A stretch of 32,000 bases of DNA from Candidatus Saccharimonadota bacterium (GCA_002421785.1 DIRZ01000002.1:210001-242000), one strand, 5' to 3'; positions 22,444 to 31,626 are shown, counted from the stretch's first letter. Program-made: numbers and translations. Notes: a model not told the origin generated them from the sequence alone.

Positions 22444-25392
22444 CTACCCCCTCCCCCTACAGTCGGGCGTTGCTTCAGTTACGAGCAGCCCAAGGTTTGG
22501 CGCCTCGTCCGCAGCAAGGAGTGGGAATATGTCTTGTAGGCATACGCCAGCTCCATCATAGCTAAAGTCCATATGCAGGTGAGGGCCGCAGGAGTTTCCA
22601 ACCTCTCCGAGTGTCATAATTTGCTCACCCGCTACTACGGTGCTTTTTGTCGTTACGTTATCGCCGTGCGCGTATGCGATGAGGACCTTCTTCCCTTGGT
22701 ATTCAGACTCAATCATTAAGCCACCATTATTACCAACATTTGGGTCGCCTGTGCACATGTAGCTTGATCGGCCTAATGGGCGCTTTACTACTTTTCCACT
22801 AAGCATTGCGTAGACGGGGGTGCCCTTTGGAAGTGACAGATCAACAGAATTTTCATTTCCCGTAAACGAGCCCGCTCCGTTATGACCTCTTAGGAACTGA
22901 CTTTCATTTTGATCCCAGAATTTTTTATCAACAGGCCACTTCATTTCACCATTTCCGAGCCCCACGCCAACGGCGGCCAAATCGGGCGCAGCTTGACCTG
23001 TAGTACTTGAGGTATATCCGTTTTCCATAGTATCGTTAACGCGTTGATCGATGTAGTGAACGTACATATCAACGGTTGTTTGTTCTTGGACTGTGAGGCC
23101 TGTCGTTTTGTCGGTAATAAAGCAGCTCTCGCCCATATCTACTGTCGAGTCTTCCCCGGTACTGCCAATCGGCACCTGGCGATCGATACAGTTTTTTACA
23201 AAGTCAATGTACGCCCCGACGGGATCGCCAGATGTTTCGTCAATAAGACCCTGACTGAGGAGTCGCGTGTTAATTGCATTAGGGTCGTCACCTGCGAGCT
23301 CAAGAGGGATGCCGAAGATTGGATTGCAGAAAGGATCGGTGGCAATGCCAATTGCTACGTAGTCAGGATCTTTACATTCCTGGAAGTCTGATTCGTCTGC
23401 GCTTGCCTGCGGGGTGAGGTTCGCGAAGGTAGAACCTACGATACTTGTAGGAATAGATGAAAGTTGAAGAACGGTACTGGGTGTACTTGCAAAAAATGGC
23501 GCAAAGCGACTATAGATACTACCTAGGAACGTATTTGGGTTGCTTGCGTCAAACGGACTGTGGGTCGCCTGGTCAAGTGTGCGGTATTCCTGTGCGATAA
23601 CTTCGGTTTCGCTTGCATAGCGCGCAGCCTGCTTGGCGCGCAGTGGCGCGTTGCCACCACCCTGTGCGAGCTGGGAGTGGAGGTGTCCTGAACCAGACAC
23701 GATAAAGTTCCCTGCCGTTTCACCGACAGTGTTTTTGTCGACTAATCGGCCAGCGATCATATCAGCCAAAAGTGCAGGCAAGAGGAGCTGTGCGGCAAAG
23801 GTGGCTGCAGCGATGCCCGCCTGAACGCCAATTTTTGCAAGGCTGATGGCTTGTCCACCTGGGATGATCCAGAGGAGTACACCCACGACGAATGATGCGC
23901 CCTGGACGAAGAAATTATTGTTGATCTTGCAGGTTGAATCGGCAGTGCGAGTGTTGCCGCCGAGTAACCCGAGGACGGTTGCAAGAACGCCATCTAACTT
24001 ACCGGTTGAGCCTGCACCTACAAGTGCCTGCATGGCGTTTGTGTCGCTCGCTATTCCCTTGTCGCCAAATGCGGTATAGCGGTAGCCAAAGGAGTCGGTC
24101 GCGGCTTTGGTGAGGACAGTCTGTCCGTCGACCTGCGTGCGGTAGGTTTGGGTGAGCATTGTCCCGAGGTAGGATACATCGTCTGCCTTAGCATCACCGG
24201 CTTTTATCATACTGGCGGTTGTCAGGAATATCATGGCAAAACGCGCCATCTGGGCACCTCTAATCACCTTTGCGCCCATAGAAACGGCTTTGAACATACC
24301 ATAGACGGTACAGGCATTATCAATCACCCCGGTTACCTTGATAATGCTGGTTGCGCTTCCAGCCAGATTGCTGAAATCGGCGGCGCCGAGCTCTCGCATG
24401 GCTTTAGATGTTTGCGACTCGGCACCATCGCCGGCCTCACTCGCGGCTTTGTCGAGATCTGACTGTGTTCCGGATTTTTTGTTTTGACACTCCGCATCAC
24501 AGTTCGGGTCATCCGTGACATCAATGCTACCCGTGGAGCGGCCATTTCTTGTATCTTCTTCGATTCGCTTGAGCCTGGTTTCATCGCTAGCACTATCGGC
24601 GTCGGTGAACGGTGCGCGTTTGGAAATGCGTAGCTTGGTAGCGATTTTATTGAACACACTGTCGGTGAAGCCGGCGAATTTAGGGTTAAACCCTTGTTTT
24701 ACCGCAAGGTTGAACCTAGTATTTGTTTTCATTTCGGACACAAAATTTGCCGGTGCGATTGGCTTACCCTCGAACGACATGGAAGTGATTTTGTTTCTGC
24801 CGGTGATGGCGGTTTTTGAGTCAGTCTCCACCTCTATTCCTGCCTTTTTGAAGTTAGCAATTTCTTTGTCGGAGAACGTTGCATATTTACACCGAATTGA
24901 TACTGGTGAACATATGCCCGTAGTGGTATTTTTGATCTTCGCATCAAGAATTTTTTTGGTGCGAATATCCATGGTTGTTAGCTGATAATTGAATTTTTCA
25001 TTAATTTTTTCGGCGAGATTAACGATGAGCAGGCCTGGCCCGCCAAAAAAGCTCGTTACGCCCGCTAAGCCAAGGACAAGGGAGATGATAATACCAACAG
25101 GGCCGCCACTTTTTTTGAGGCTGAATTTTCCACCGCCACGTGACTTACGCCCGGTAACGTTATTCATCCATGACCCCGACGTGCCGTTTTCTTGTTCATC
25201 AACAACGTCCGAGGCTTGCTTCGCACGTTCGATCGCCGCATCTTCGTTGGACGAGTCTGCGGTTTGGTCATAGTTATTTACTATGTCGTTAAAGCTACTT
25301 TTTTCGGCGTCACTGAGTTGCTTGGAATTATTGAAGACATCGTCGTAGTGCTCGTCAATTCGGCTATTGTCGTTTTTTTGCAGCGTTGGCAT
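22444..25392 (-). CDS. Large membrane protein with a C-terminal M23 (LytM-type) peptidase domain
   Basis: The N-terminus is acidic and disordered. Transmembrane segments occur near aa 98-125 and near aa 500-550. The C-terminal 'VDLSLPKGTPVYAMLSGKVV...IAYAHGDN...GPHLHMDF' matches the M23 core motifs. Confidence 0.85.
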   Translation of the reverse strand: MPTLQKNDNSRIDEHYDDVFNNSKQLSDAEKSSFNDIVNNYDQTADSSNEDAAIERAKQASDVVDEQENGTSGSWMNNVTGRKSRGGGKFSLKKSGGPVGIIISLVLGLAGVTSFFGGPGLLIVNLAEKINEKFNYQLTTMDIRTKKILDAKIKNTTTGICSPVSIRCKYATFSDKEIANFKKAGIEVETDSKTAITGRNKITSMSFEGKPIAPANFVSEMKTNTRFNLAVKQGFNPKFAGFTDSVFNKIATKLRISKRAPFTDADSASDETRLKRIEEDTRNGRSTGSIDVTDDPNCDAECQNKKSGTQSDLDKAASEAGDGAESQTSKAMRELGAADFSNLAGSATSIIKVTGVIDNACTVYGMFKAVSMGAKVIRGAQMARFAMIFLTTASMIKAGDAKADDVSYLGTMLTQTYRTQVDGQTVLTKAATDSFGYRYTAFGDKGIASDTNAMQALVGAGSTGKLDGVLATVLGLLGGNTRTADSTCKINNNFFVQGASFVVGVLLWIIPGGQAISLAKIGVQAGIAAATFAAQLLLPALLADMIAGRLVDKNTVGETAGNFIVSGSGHLHSQLAQGGGNAPLRAKQAARYASETEVIAQEYRTLDQATHSPFDASNPNTFLGSIYSRFAPFFASTPSTVLQLSSIPTSIVGSTFANLTPQASADESDFQECKDPDYVAIGIATDPFCNPIFGIPLELAGDDPNAINTRLLSQGLIDETSGDPVGAYIDFVKNCIDRQVPIGSTGEDSTVDMGESCFITDKTTGLTVQEQTTVDMYVHYIDQRVNDTMENGYTSSTTGQAAPDLAAVGVGLGNGEMKWPVDKKFWDQNESQFLRGHNGAGSFTGNENSVDLSLPKGTPVYAMLSGKVVKRPLGRSSYMCTGDPNVGNNGGLMIESEYQGKKVLIAYAHGDNVTTKSTVVAGEQIMTLGEVGNSCGPHLHMDFSYDGAGVCLQDIFPLLAADEAPNLGLLVTEATPDCRGRG

Positions 25393-25394
25393 CG

Positions 25395-27233
25395 CTAGCT
25401 ACCCCCTCCAGAAAGCGGCTGTAGTGGCGTTTGTGGGTTGGTCGTAATGAGCCCCGTTTCGGTTTCGCTGGCGATAATCTGGACATGGACGTGATTCTGG
25501 CCTGCGAAGAACAAGCCCTGACCAACTGGGAAGTTCGATAGGCGCTTGCGCTCTTCTTCGGTAAGCTTGAATACGTCACCCAGCACGTCCACGGCGCTCG
25601 AAGACTGCTTTAATAAGAGCTGCATTGAGGAGTTGGCGACAATTGCTCGTCCCATCTTGCTACCCATAAAGTCTTCAACGTCCTGCGTGATGGTAGTGAG
25701 CCCCAAGAAGTACTTACGTGCGCGCTTAGCGAGGCTGAACAAGAAATTTGCACTGTCATCGTATTTCATGAGTTGCCATGCCTCGTCCACGATGAGCATA
25801 CGCTTGCGCTGGACAGTGCGGGTAATGTTCCAAATGTGGCTGAGTACAATGTACATGGCAACAGGACGAAGTTCGTCTTCGAGGTCACGAATGTTGAACA
25901 CGACCATACTATTGTTGATGTCGATATTGCTCTGCTGGCTAAAGATTCCCGCGAATGTACCACTGGTGTATTTGCGCAGACGTTGCGCGAGCGCTGGACC
26001 TGTTCCGCCCATATGAAGCAGTGTGTCATAGAGGTCGCTAATAGTTGGCGGCATACTGTTGTGAGTCAGTGGGTCGCTCGTGATGCCAGCGCGGGCGTAG
26101 GTGTCGATCAGTCCCTGGTCGAGGTCTGCTTCTTCGGCGGGCGTGAGTGCGGACATCGCTTGCCCGGCTGCAGTCATCTGTGTGCCACCGAGCATAAGGC
26201 GGAGTAGTCCGTGTAGTGTGACAAGGTTGGCGCGGAGGGCGTCGTCAGCTTCTTCGCTATCAATGACTTTCGGTAAGTCGAATGGGTTAATCCGGGTGTC
26301 GCTATTCAGGCTTAGTCGGATATAGCTCCCCCCTACTGCATCGCTCAGTTTCTGATATTCATTTTCGGGGTCGATAATCAGGATGTCCGAACCGGTCATC
26401 ATGCTGCGGAGTGCCTCGAGCTTTACGGTGAACGATTTACCTGCGCCGGACTTTGCGAACACCACCATGTTGGCGTTTTCTAGGCTGAACCGGTCGAAAA
26501 TTACCAGGCCGTTGTTGTGCATATTGATACCATACAGCACGCCCTTTTCCTGGGTTAAGTCGGCGCTCGTGAATGGGAAGCTTGTGCTGATAGCGCCGGT
26601 GTTCATGTTGCGGCGAATTTGCAACTGGTCGGACATTTGTGGGATGGTGCTATTGAGGCCCTGTTCCTGTTGGCTGCTGGCAGTTTTGCTGTATACGAGC
26701 TGCTGGCCGAACAGGGTTTCCAGGCTGTGCTGGACAAACCCAAGTTCTTCCAGGCTGTCTGCGTATACCGTGACGTACAAACCATAGCGGAAGAAGCGCT
26801 CCGCGCCAACCTGGAGCTGATCACGAAGCTCCTCGGCATCAGCCAGTGCGGCTTCACGCGCGGGGTCGCGAGTTCGGCCCTTTTCGCTACTGATCGACAT
26901 GTCGGCTTCGAGCTGCGTTACCTTTTTGCGAAGGTTATTCAACACGACCTCTGTTTCAACAGGGTAAATAAACATGCTAATGTCGAGCACCTGGTCGATA
27001 TTAATGAGACCACTAAGCCAACCGGTATAGAGTTCACGGGGGTAGCCGTAAATATACATGGTGCGGCCGTATTTAGTGCCGATGCGGAAGTGACTGCTGT
27101 GAATTTCGAGGCTACTTGGTGCGATGAGATCGCGAAGTGTCGTCATGCCCTTTAGGAACGCCTGCTCTACTTCTGCCTGTTCGCGGGCGCGCTGTTCGGC
27201 GGCAAGACCGACGGCGTCAAGTTTCTTCGCCAT
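25395..27233 (-). CDS. virB4: VirB4/TraE/ConE-family type IV secretion ATPase
   Basis: 'YGRTMYIYGYPRELYTGWLSGLINID..LDISMFIYP' is the Gram-positive VirB4 N-domain pattern. Walker A 'FAKSGAGKSFTVK' and Walker B 'RMLIVDEAWQLM' are present, followed by 'GLTTITQDVEDF'. Confidence 0.9.
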   Translation of the reverse strand: MAKKLDAVGLAAEQRAREQAEVEQAFLKGMTTLRDLIAPSSLEIHSSHFRIGTKYGRTMYIYGYPRELYTGWLSGLINIDQVLDISMFIYPVETEVVLNNLRKKVTQLEADMSISSEKGRTRDPAREAALADAEELRDQLQVGAERFFRYGLYVTVYADSLEELGFVQHSLETLFGQQLVYSKTASSQQEQGLNSTIPQMSDQLQIRRNMNTGAISTSFPFTSADLTQEKGVLYGINMHNNGLVIFDRFSLENANMVVFAKSGAGKSFTVKLEALRSMMTGSDILIIDPENEYQKLSDAVGGSYIRLSLNSDTRINPFDLPKVIDSEEADDALRANLVTLHGLLRLMLGGTQMTAAGQAMSALTPAEEADLDQGLIDTYARAGITSDPLTHNSMPPTISDLYDTLLHMGGTGPALAQRLRKYTSGTFAGIFSQQSNIDINNSMVVFNIRDLEDELRPVAMYIVLSHIWNITRTVQRKRMLIVDEAWQLMKYDDSANFLFSLAKRARKYFLGLTTITQDVEDFMGSKMGRAIVANSSMQLLLKQSSSAVDVLGDVFKLTEEERKRLSNFPVGQGLFFAGQNHVHVQIIASETETGLITTNPQTPLQPLSGGGS

Positions 27234-28120
27234 TATTGCGCTCCTCCTTGTGGCTCTGGTTGAGTGACATCACCCTGCCCTTTGCGCACATACATACTTG
27301 TGACGTTATCGAAATTCCCGAGCGGTTCCCGGACGGCAGTGTCGGGGTTATAGATGTTATAGTACAACTCACCGAGCTCTTTTGTGGTCAGCTGGACTGC
27401 CTGTACGCCCACTTGGTTGAGGCCGCTCACAACCGAGTCGACGCGGTTCTTGATCTCTTCCTTAGCTTTTTCGTATGTCGCCTTGTCAATCTTGGTTATA
27501 GTGTTGGCTTTAGCGCCACCACCGAATATTTTTCCGAAGAAGCCTTTGCCTTGGTCAACTACTGTGTTGGCGTCGCCTGCGGGGAAAAACGGTACGACCA
27601 CAAAGAAGCTTTTATCCATAATGTTTGCTTCTTGGGACAAGACATCAATAAACTGGATGTAGTCATCCATAAGTACGTTTAGGAGCATGTTGTCCTGATT
27701 GCGGCGAATTTCTTCCAGCCGGTCTAGGTACGGGCCGATATCGACGCGCTGCGAGCGGATGAATATTTGAATGGGAAAATATAGTGCGTTAAGGAAGTTT
27801 TGGTAGCTAAATTCCACACCCTCGCGTTCACGCGAGCTCATCAGGTCGAAGTTGATGGATTTACAGGCGATGACAGCACGGAAGCTGCCGTCGGCCATAA
27901 TAATCATGCCATCGCGTAGCTCGGAAAGGAGCAGGCTGTTCTGGGTAGATACGCCGCGCTTTTCGGGGGTTGACGAAGGATTGCTAGCAGCTTGACCGGC
28001 AGGCGCCACACCAGAACCCATGGGGGGCTGAAACTGCTGCTCGGGGCCAGGAAAAGCACCAGCGGGGGCGGCTGGTTGTTGCGGTATCTGATTGGTTGGC
28101 TGCTGATTATTTGGCGGCAC
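27233..28120 (-). CDS. Hypothetical protein with a P/Q-rich N-terminus and a core resembling a VirB4/TraC N-terminal domain, with no ATPase motifs
   Basis: The GTG start has an AAGGGGAG RBS 6 nt upstream. The stop overlaps the virB4 ATG as TAATG. 'LSELRDGMIIMADGSFRAVIACKSINFDLMSSREREGVEFSYQNFLNALYFPIQIFIRSQRVDIGPYL' follows the same pattern as T4SS ATPase N-domains. No Walker motifs are present. Confidence 0.65.
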   Translation of the reverse strand: MPPNNQQPTNQIPQQPAAPAGAFPGPEQQFQPPMGSGVAPAGQAASNPSSTPEKRGVSTQNSLLLSELRDGMIIMADGSFRAVIACKSINFDLMSSREREGVEFSYQNFLNALYFPIQIFIRSQRVDIGPYLDRLEEIRRNQDNMLLNVLMDDYIQFIDVLSQEANIMDKSFFVVVPFFPAGDANTVVDQGKGFFGKIFGGGAKANTITKIDKATYEKAKEEIKNRVDSVVSGLNQVGVQAVQLTTKELGELYYNIYNPDTAVREPLGNFDNVTSMYVRKGQGDVTQPEPQGGAQ

Positions 28121-28154
28121 TTCCCACTCCCCTTTTAGTTAACTATTACCCACA

Positions 28155-29156
28155 CTAGCGAAGCGAGATAATCACTTCCTCGCCGTCATCTTCGTCATGA
28201 CGACGCTGAATTCGGCTTGCCTCACGCGCAATTGTCTCGATAGATAAATCAGTATTACTTGCAAGATTGATTATATCAGGTGACAGGGCTGTTTCGCTAG
28301 TGGTTGGCGGTTGTTTTGCGGGTTCTGGTTGCGGAGGCGAGGGCTGTACTGGAGGCAGTGGTGCTGGCTGTGGACGGGGTTGTACTAGCTGGCCACTCGC
28401 GCTCAAAGGATTAATGACAGTTTGGTGGATTTCTGTGGGATATGGATTGAACAGAACCGTCGGGTCGGTGGTAGTGGTAGCTGCAGGTGGCGTGGTATAG
28501 GCAGAATACTGAGCTGCAGTGGTTGGAATTGTGTATTGAGCTGCTGGCGGAGTGCTGGGGGTTGGGTTCTGGATGCGGTTCATCATTTCCTGCCTACGGC
28601 GTTGGTCGGCCTGAGTAATCATTGTGTCCAGATTTTGTGCAATTCCCCCGTTGTCGTCGAGCACGTCTTCGGTTTGGCGCGCGGCAAAGAACGCATCGGT
28701 ATACATGGCATTATCGACAAATGGTTCGGCGGCATGACGAATTGCCCACCCTTGGGTGTCGGCAATGTCGGCCAGGTAACTGAGGCGCCGTTCGGCTTCA
28801 GTTTGTGATATATCCTTTGCCCGCTGCACCTCGACAACCTTCGGTGCGGTGATTTCTACGAGTGATTCGATACCATCAGGAATCCATAGGCGACGACGGG
28901 GTTTGAGGTAGAACGACACAATCGCTGCAAGGTAGATTTCCATTGGCTGATCTTTGCGTAGGGGTAACGCAAGCGCCCCGAAGAACAAAATAATCGGCAT
29001 TGGGATAATAATGAATCCGATAAAGATTTGCGACAGCCCCCAGGCGAGCGCCATCGCCATCGCAACGATAATCAGGTAGACGAACTGGCGAAAACTAAAC
29101 GGGCCAATCAGCTTATCGTCGGCTTCTACATCCTGGGCTACTTTATATACTGCCAT
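28155..29156 (-). CDS. PrgI/VirB3-like membrane protein with a long C-terminal extension
   Basis: 'VAQDVEADDKLIGPFSFRQFVYLIIVAMAMALAWGL' is followed by a second adjacent helix, which is the PrgI/VirB3-like hairpin. A ~250 aa tail follows and includes a Pro/Thr/Gln-rich tract. Confidence 0.7.
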   Translation of the reverse strand: MAVYKVAQDVEADDKLIGPFSFRQFVYLIIVAMAMALAWGLSQIFIGFIIIPMPIILFFGALALPLRKDQPMEIYLAAIVSFYLKPRRRLWIPDGIESLVEITAPKVVEVQRAKDISQTEAERRLSYLADIADTQGWAIRHAAEPFVDNAMYTDAFFAARQTEDVLDDNGGIAQNLDTMITQADQRRRQEMMNRIQNPTPSTPPAAQYTIPTTAAQYSAYTTPPAATTTTDPTVLFNPYPTEIHQTVINPLSASGQLVQPRPQPAPLPPVQPSPPQPEPAKQPPTTSETALSPDIINLASNTDLSIETIAREASRIQRRHDEDDGEEVIISLR

Positions 29157-29184
29157 ACTTTTATAATACTCTACCTATGTGATG

Positions 29185-31626
29185 CTAGGGTGTAGGAGGC
29201 GGCGCGCTAGATGGATGATTCGGATTTTGAGAAGGCGTATTCATATAGCGATGAGTCTCTCCGATATTATCAAATTGTGCCCGGTATGCAGCCGTAACTT
29301 TCCCTTTCAGCGCAGGCGTAGAGTCAACATTGTTGATTGCTCCAGTCAGGTTGTCCATACCCTCGTGGGTAACTAGGCCCGATCCAGCAACGCCCGCAAG
29401 GTACCTTGTCGCACTTTCGCTGTGTACAACATCTTCAGCACCAATACTGCCCGAGTTAATATTCTCAGCAGCAGATGCAGCCAATCCCGCTGCGTCAAGT
29501 GCTCGGCTTTTGCCGTTTTCATCGGTACCCGAAGCCATGATTTTTGCTCCGATCCCCGCGCCGTATATCTTCTGATCGCCTTTTGCATAGACACCCTCTG
29601 AAACACGTTTCTTTAGGCGTTGCGATAGCCCGCCAGATGCTTCGACGACCGCTCGGCGCTCATCAAAACTTCCTTTTGACATGATATGCTCAATGGCTGC
29701 AGCCTGTTCAGCTTCAGACAGTCCGCCACTCTGAAACTGCTTGAGAACATCCGCTGTGCCCTTCTCGCCAAAACCGATGCCCGCCGCTTTGACCTGTTCA
29801 CCAAACTCCGCTTCCTCGAGAGATGCAGCTTGTGTGGCGAGCTTGCCAGAATAATTGCCCCCACCGACCTTACCTAGGACACCCCTGCGTATACTTCCCT
29901 CTCCGATCTTCCGCGCTCTCTTGATATCGCGTTGTTGTTTGCGATATTTCCAAGCATCTTGGACAGGTGCGGTGCGACGGTTTGCGGTATTCTTGGCGGC
30001 ACCGCCAACCCGGCCGGTCGCTTTATCTCCCCAGCCTTGCATCTTTGCGCCCATCTTGCCAGTTGCGGCCAGGGCGCCTTTGAGCATTCCGGGCACTACG
30101 AAGAGCGGCAGTGCAGTGGCGCCAAGCGCGACGATCTTCATGAATGGTTCGGATGATGTGGACAGAATTGCTGCAGCCAATGCGCTTGCGCCGAATACCG
30201 CACTAACAACAGGAAATAGCATAAGTAAGCTAAAGAATAGTTTCGACCACTTTTTAAACAACGACTCGGTATTTGGTAACAGATAGGCTACAAACGCGAG
30301 GGGTGCGATGACGATTAACAGCACAATGAGTGCCTGCCTGGCCAGTAGAATAAATGCGATGAGTGCAAGTGCGAAGAATGCCGCAAGGAGAACCGGTACA
30401 GATACGGCAAGTAGAAGTGCCAGAACGGTCCCAATTCCAAGTGCACCGGCGAGGATTTGACCTATTAATTCGGCCCATCCACCAGAATCAGCCTTCGTGG
30501 TAATAGTAATCGAACCCCCAAGCTGGTCGAATATCGCCTTTATGCCGTATCCCGCAATATTACTCAGGTCGACTGCCAGCTGGCATATAAAGAACGAAAT
30601 ATTTACCAAAATGGCGGCAATGATAATTTTTGGTAACATGCGCTTAATGCCATAGTTACTAATCCCAGCACTTGTTACCTGAGAATAGATAATAATCAAG
30701 AAGGCGATCACAAACATCACGTTGGCATAGTTCTTAAACACGTCCCAAGCTTTGTATGTTGTCGAATCTCTAGTGAATAGCTCCGGTTTTACTACCAGCG
30801 TTCCCGCAATAAAATCGTATAACCCATCATTTAAGCTGGCGATAAAGTTCATGACAGGACAAACAATCCAGCCAATCGAGTCAACATTACACTGTGACTC
30901 TTTGGTCGCGTCCGCTCCCACGACTGGTTTAGCGTCAAGCTTTCCGGTTGATATCTGGCTGGCACAGCTTAATACATTGGGCGTGGCGGTGTCTAAGTTT
31001 TCTTCGCCAGCTACGCAGTTTTTCCATGCTTCAGAACACTGGTCGCTAGTGAGCATACTGCCAGCAGTAGTTACTTTTGCACACGCCTGTATTGCTTCGC
31101 ATCGCGCCTTGAGGTAGGTGTCGGTCATCGCGGAGCAGTCTTGTTTGGTTATGTCTGTCGCGCTAATATCGAGTGGCTTAGTGGCGGCCGCGGTGTTCGC
31201 GATTGTGACGGTACCCTTGAATGCGCTGGGTGAACAATATTTTACTTCGCGCTCGCCAGTACTCGCCAGGCGATCGCTTAGTGTTCCCTTTCCGGCGTTG
31301 CTTGCATCTACTGTAAGGGTGACACTATATGTACAAATAACGTCAATCGTGTCGGTTATACCCGAGTCCCCCATTAATCGGCTATTGCTGAACGTCGGTC
31401 GACTGCCACTCAGTACAAGGGTACCTCCGTCGCCGGCAACATCTTCTCCGCCAGGCCCAAAATAGCTGTATTGAATGAGAATTTGACTACTGTTTGCCCA
31501 CTTGAGTGACATATTTGACACGGCGAACGCAGAAGGAATGAGTGGGCCGATGATATTCAACAACGAGCTTAATGCAAGGACAGTAATCGTCGTAAATAGC
31601 CCAACCCGTTTTTTTCCTATTAACAT
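29185..31626 (-). CDS. VirB6/TrbL-like polytopic membrane protein with a Cys-rich ectodomain and a long hydrophilic C-terminal domain
   Basis: It has a signal/anchor 'MLIGKKRVGLFTTITVLALSSLL', a ~230 aa ectodomain with 10 Cys, at least 6 hydrophobic helices (aa ~300-540) and a ~270 aa Gly/Ala/Lys-rich tail. The ATG at 31626 is preferred to the GTG at 31641, because a CATAAT -10-like box lies 6 nt upstream. Confidence 0.75.
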   Translation of the reverse strand: MLIGKKRVGLFTTITVLALSSLLNIIGPLIPSAFAVSNMSLKWANSSQILIQYSYFGPGGEDVAGDGGTLVLSGSRPTFSNSRLMGDSGITDTIDVICTYSVTLTVDASNAGKGTLSDRLASTGEREVKYCSPSAFKGTVTIANTAAATKPLDISATDITKQDCSAMTDTYLKARCEAIQACAKVTTAGSMLTSDQCSEAWKNCVAGEENLDTATPNVLSCASQISTGKLDAKPVVGADATKESQCNVDSIGWIVCPVMNFIASLNDGLYDFIAGTLVVKPELFTRDSTTYKAWDVFKNYANVMFVIAFLIIIYSQVTSAGISNYGIKRMLPKIIIAAILVNISFFICQLAVDLSNIAGYGIKAIFDQLGGSITITTKADSGGWAELIGQILAGALGIGTVLALLLAVSVPVLLAAFFALALIAFILLARQALIVLLIVIAPLAFVAYLLPNTESLFKKWSKLFFSLLMLFPVVSAVFGASALAAAILSTSSEPFMKIVALGATALPLFVVPGMLKGALAATGKMGAKMQGWGDKATGRVGGAAKNTANRRTAPVQDAWKYRKQQRDIKRARKIGEGSIRRGVLGKVGGGNYSGKLATQAASLEEAEFGEQVKAAGIGFGEKGTADVLKQFQSGGLSEAEQAAAIEHIMSKGSFDERRAVVEASGGLSQRLKKRVSEGVYAKGDQKIYGAGIGAKIMASGTDENGKSRALDAAGLAASAAENINSGSIGAEDVVHSESATRYLAGVAGSGLVTHEGMDNLTGAINNVDSTPALKGKVTAAYRAQFDNIGETHRYMNTPSQNPNHPSSAPPPTP

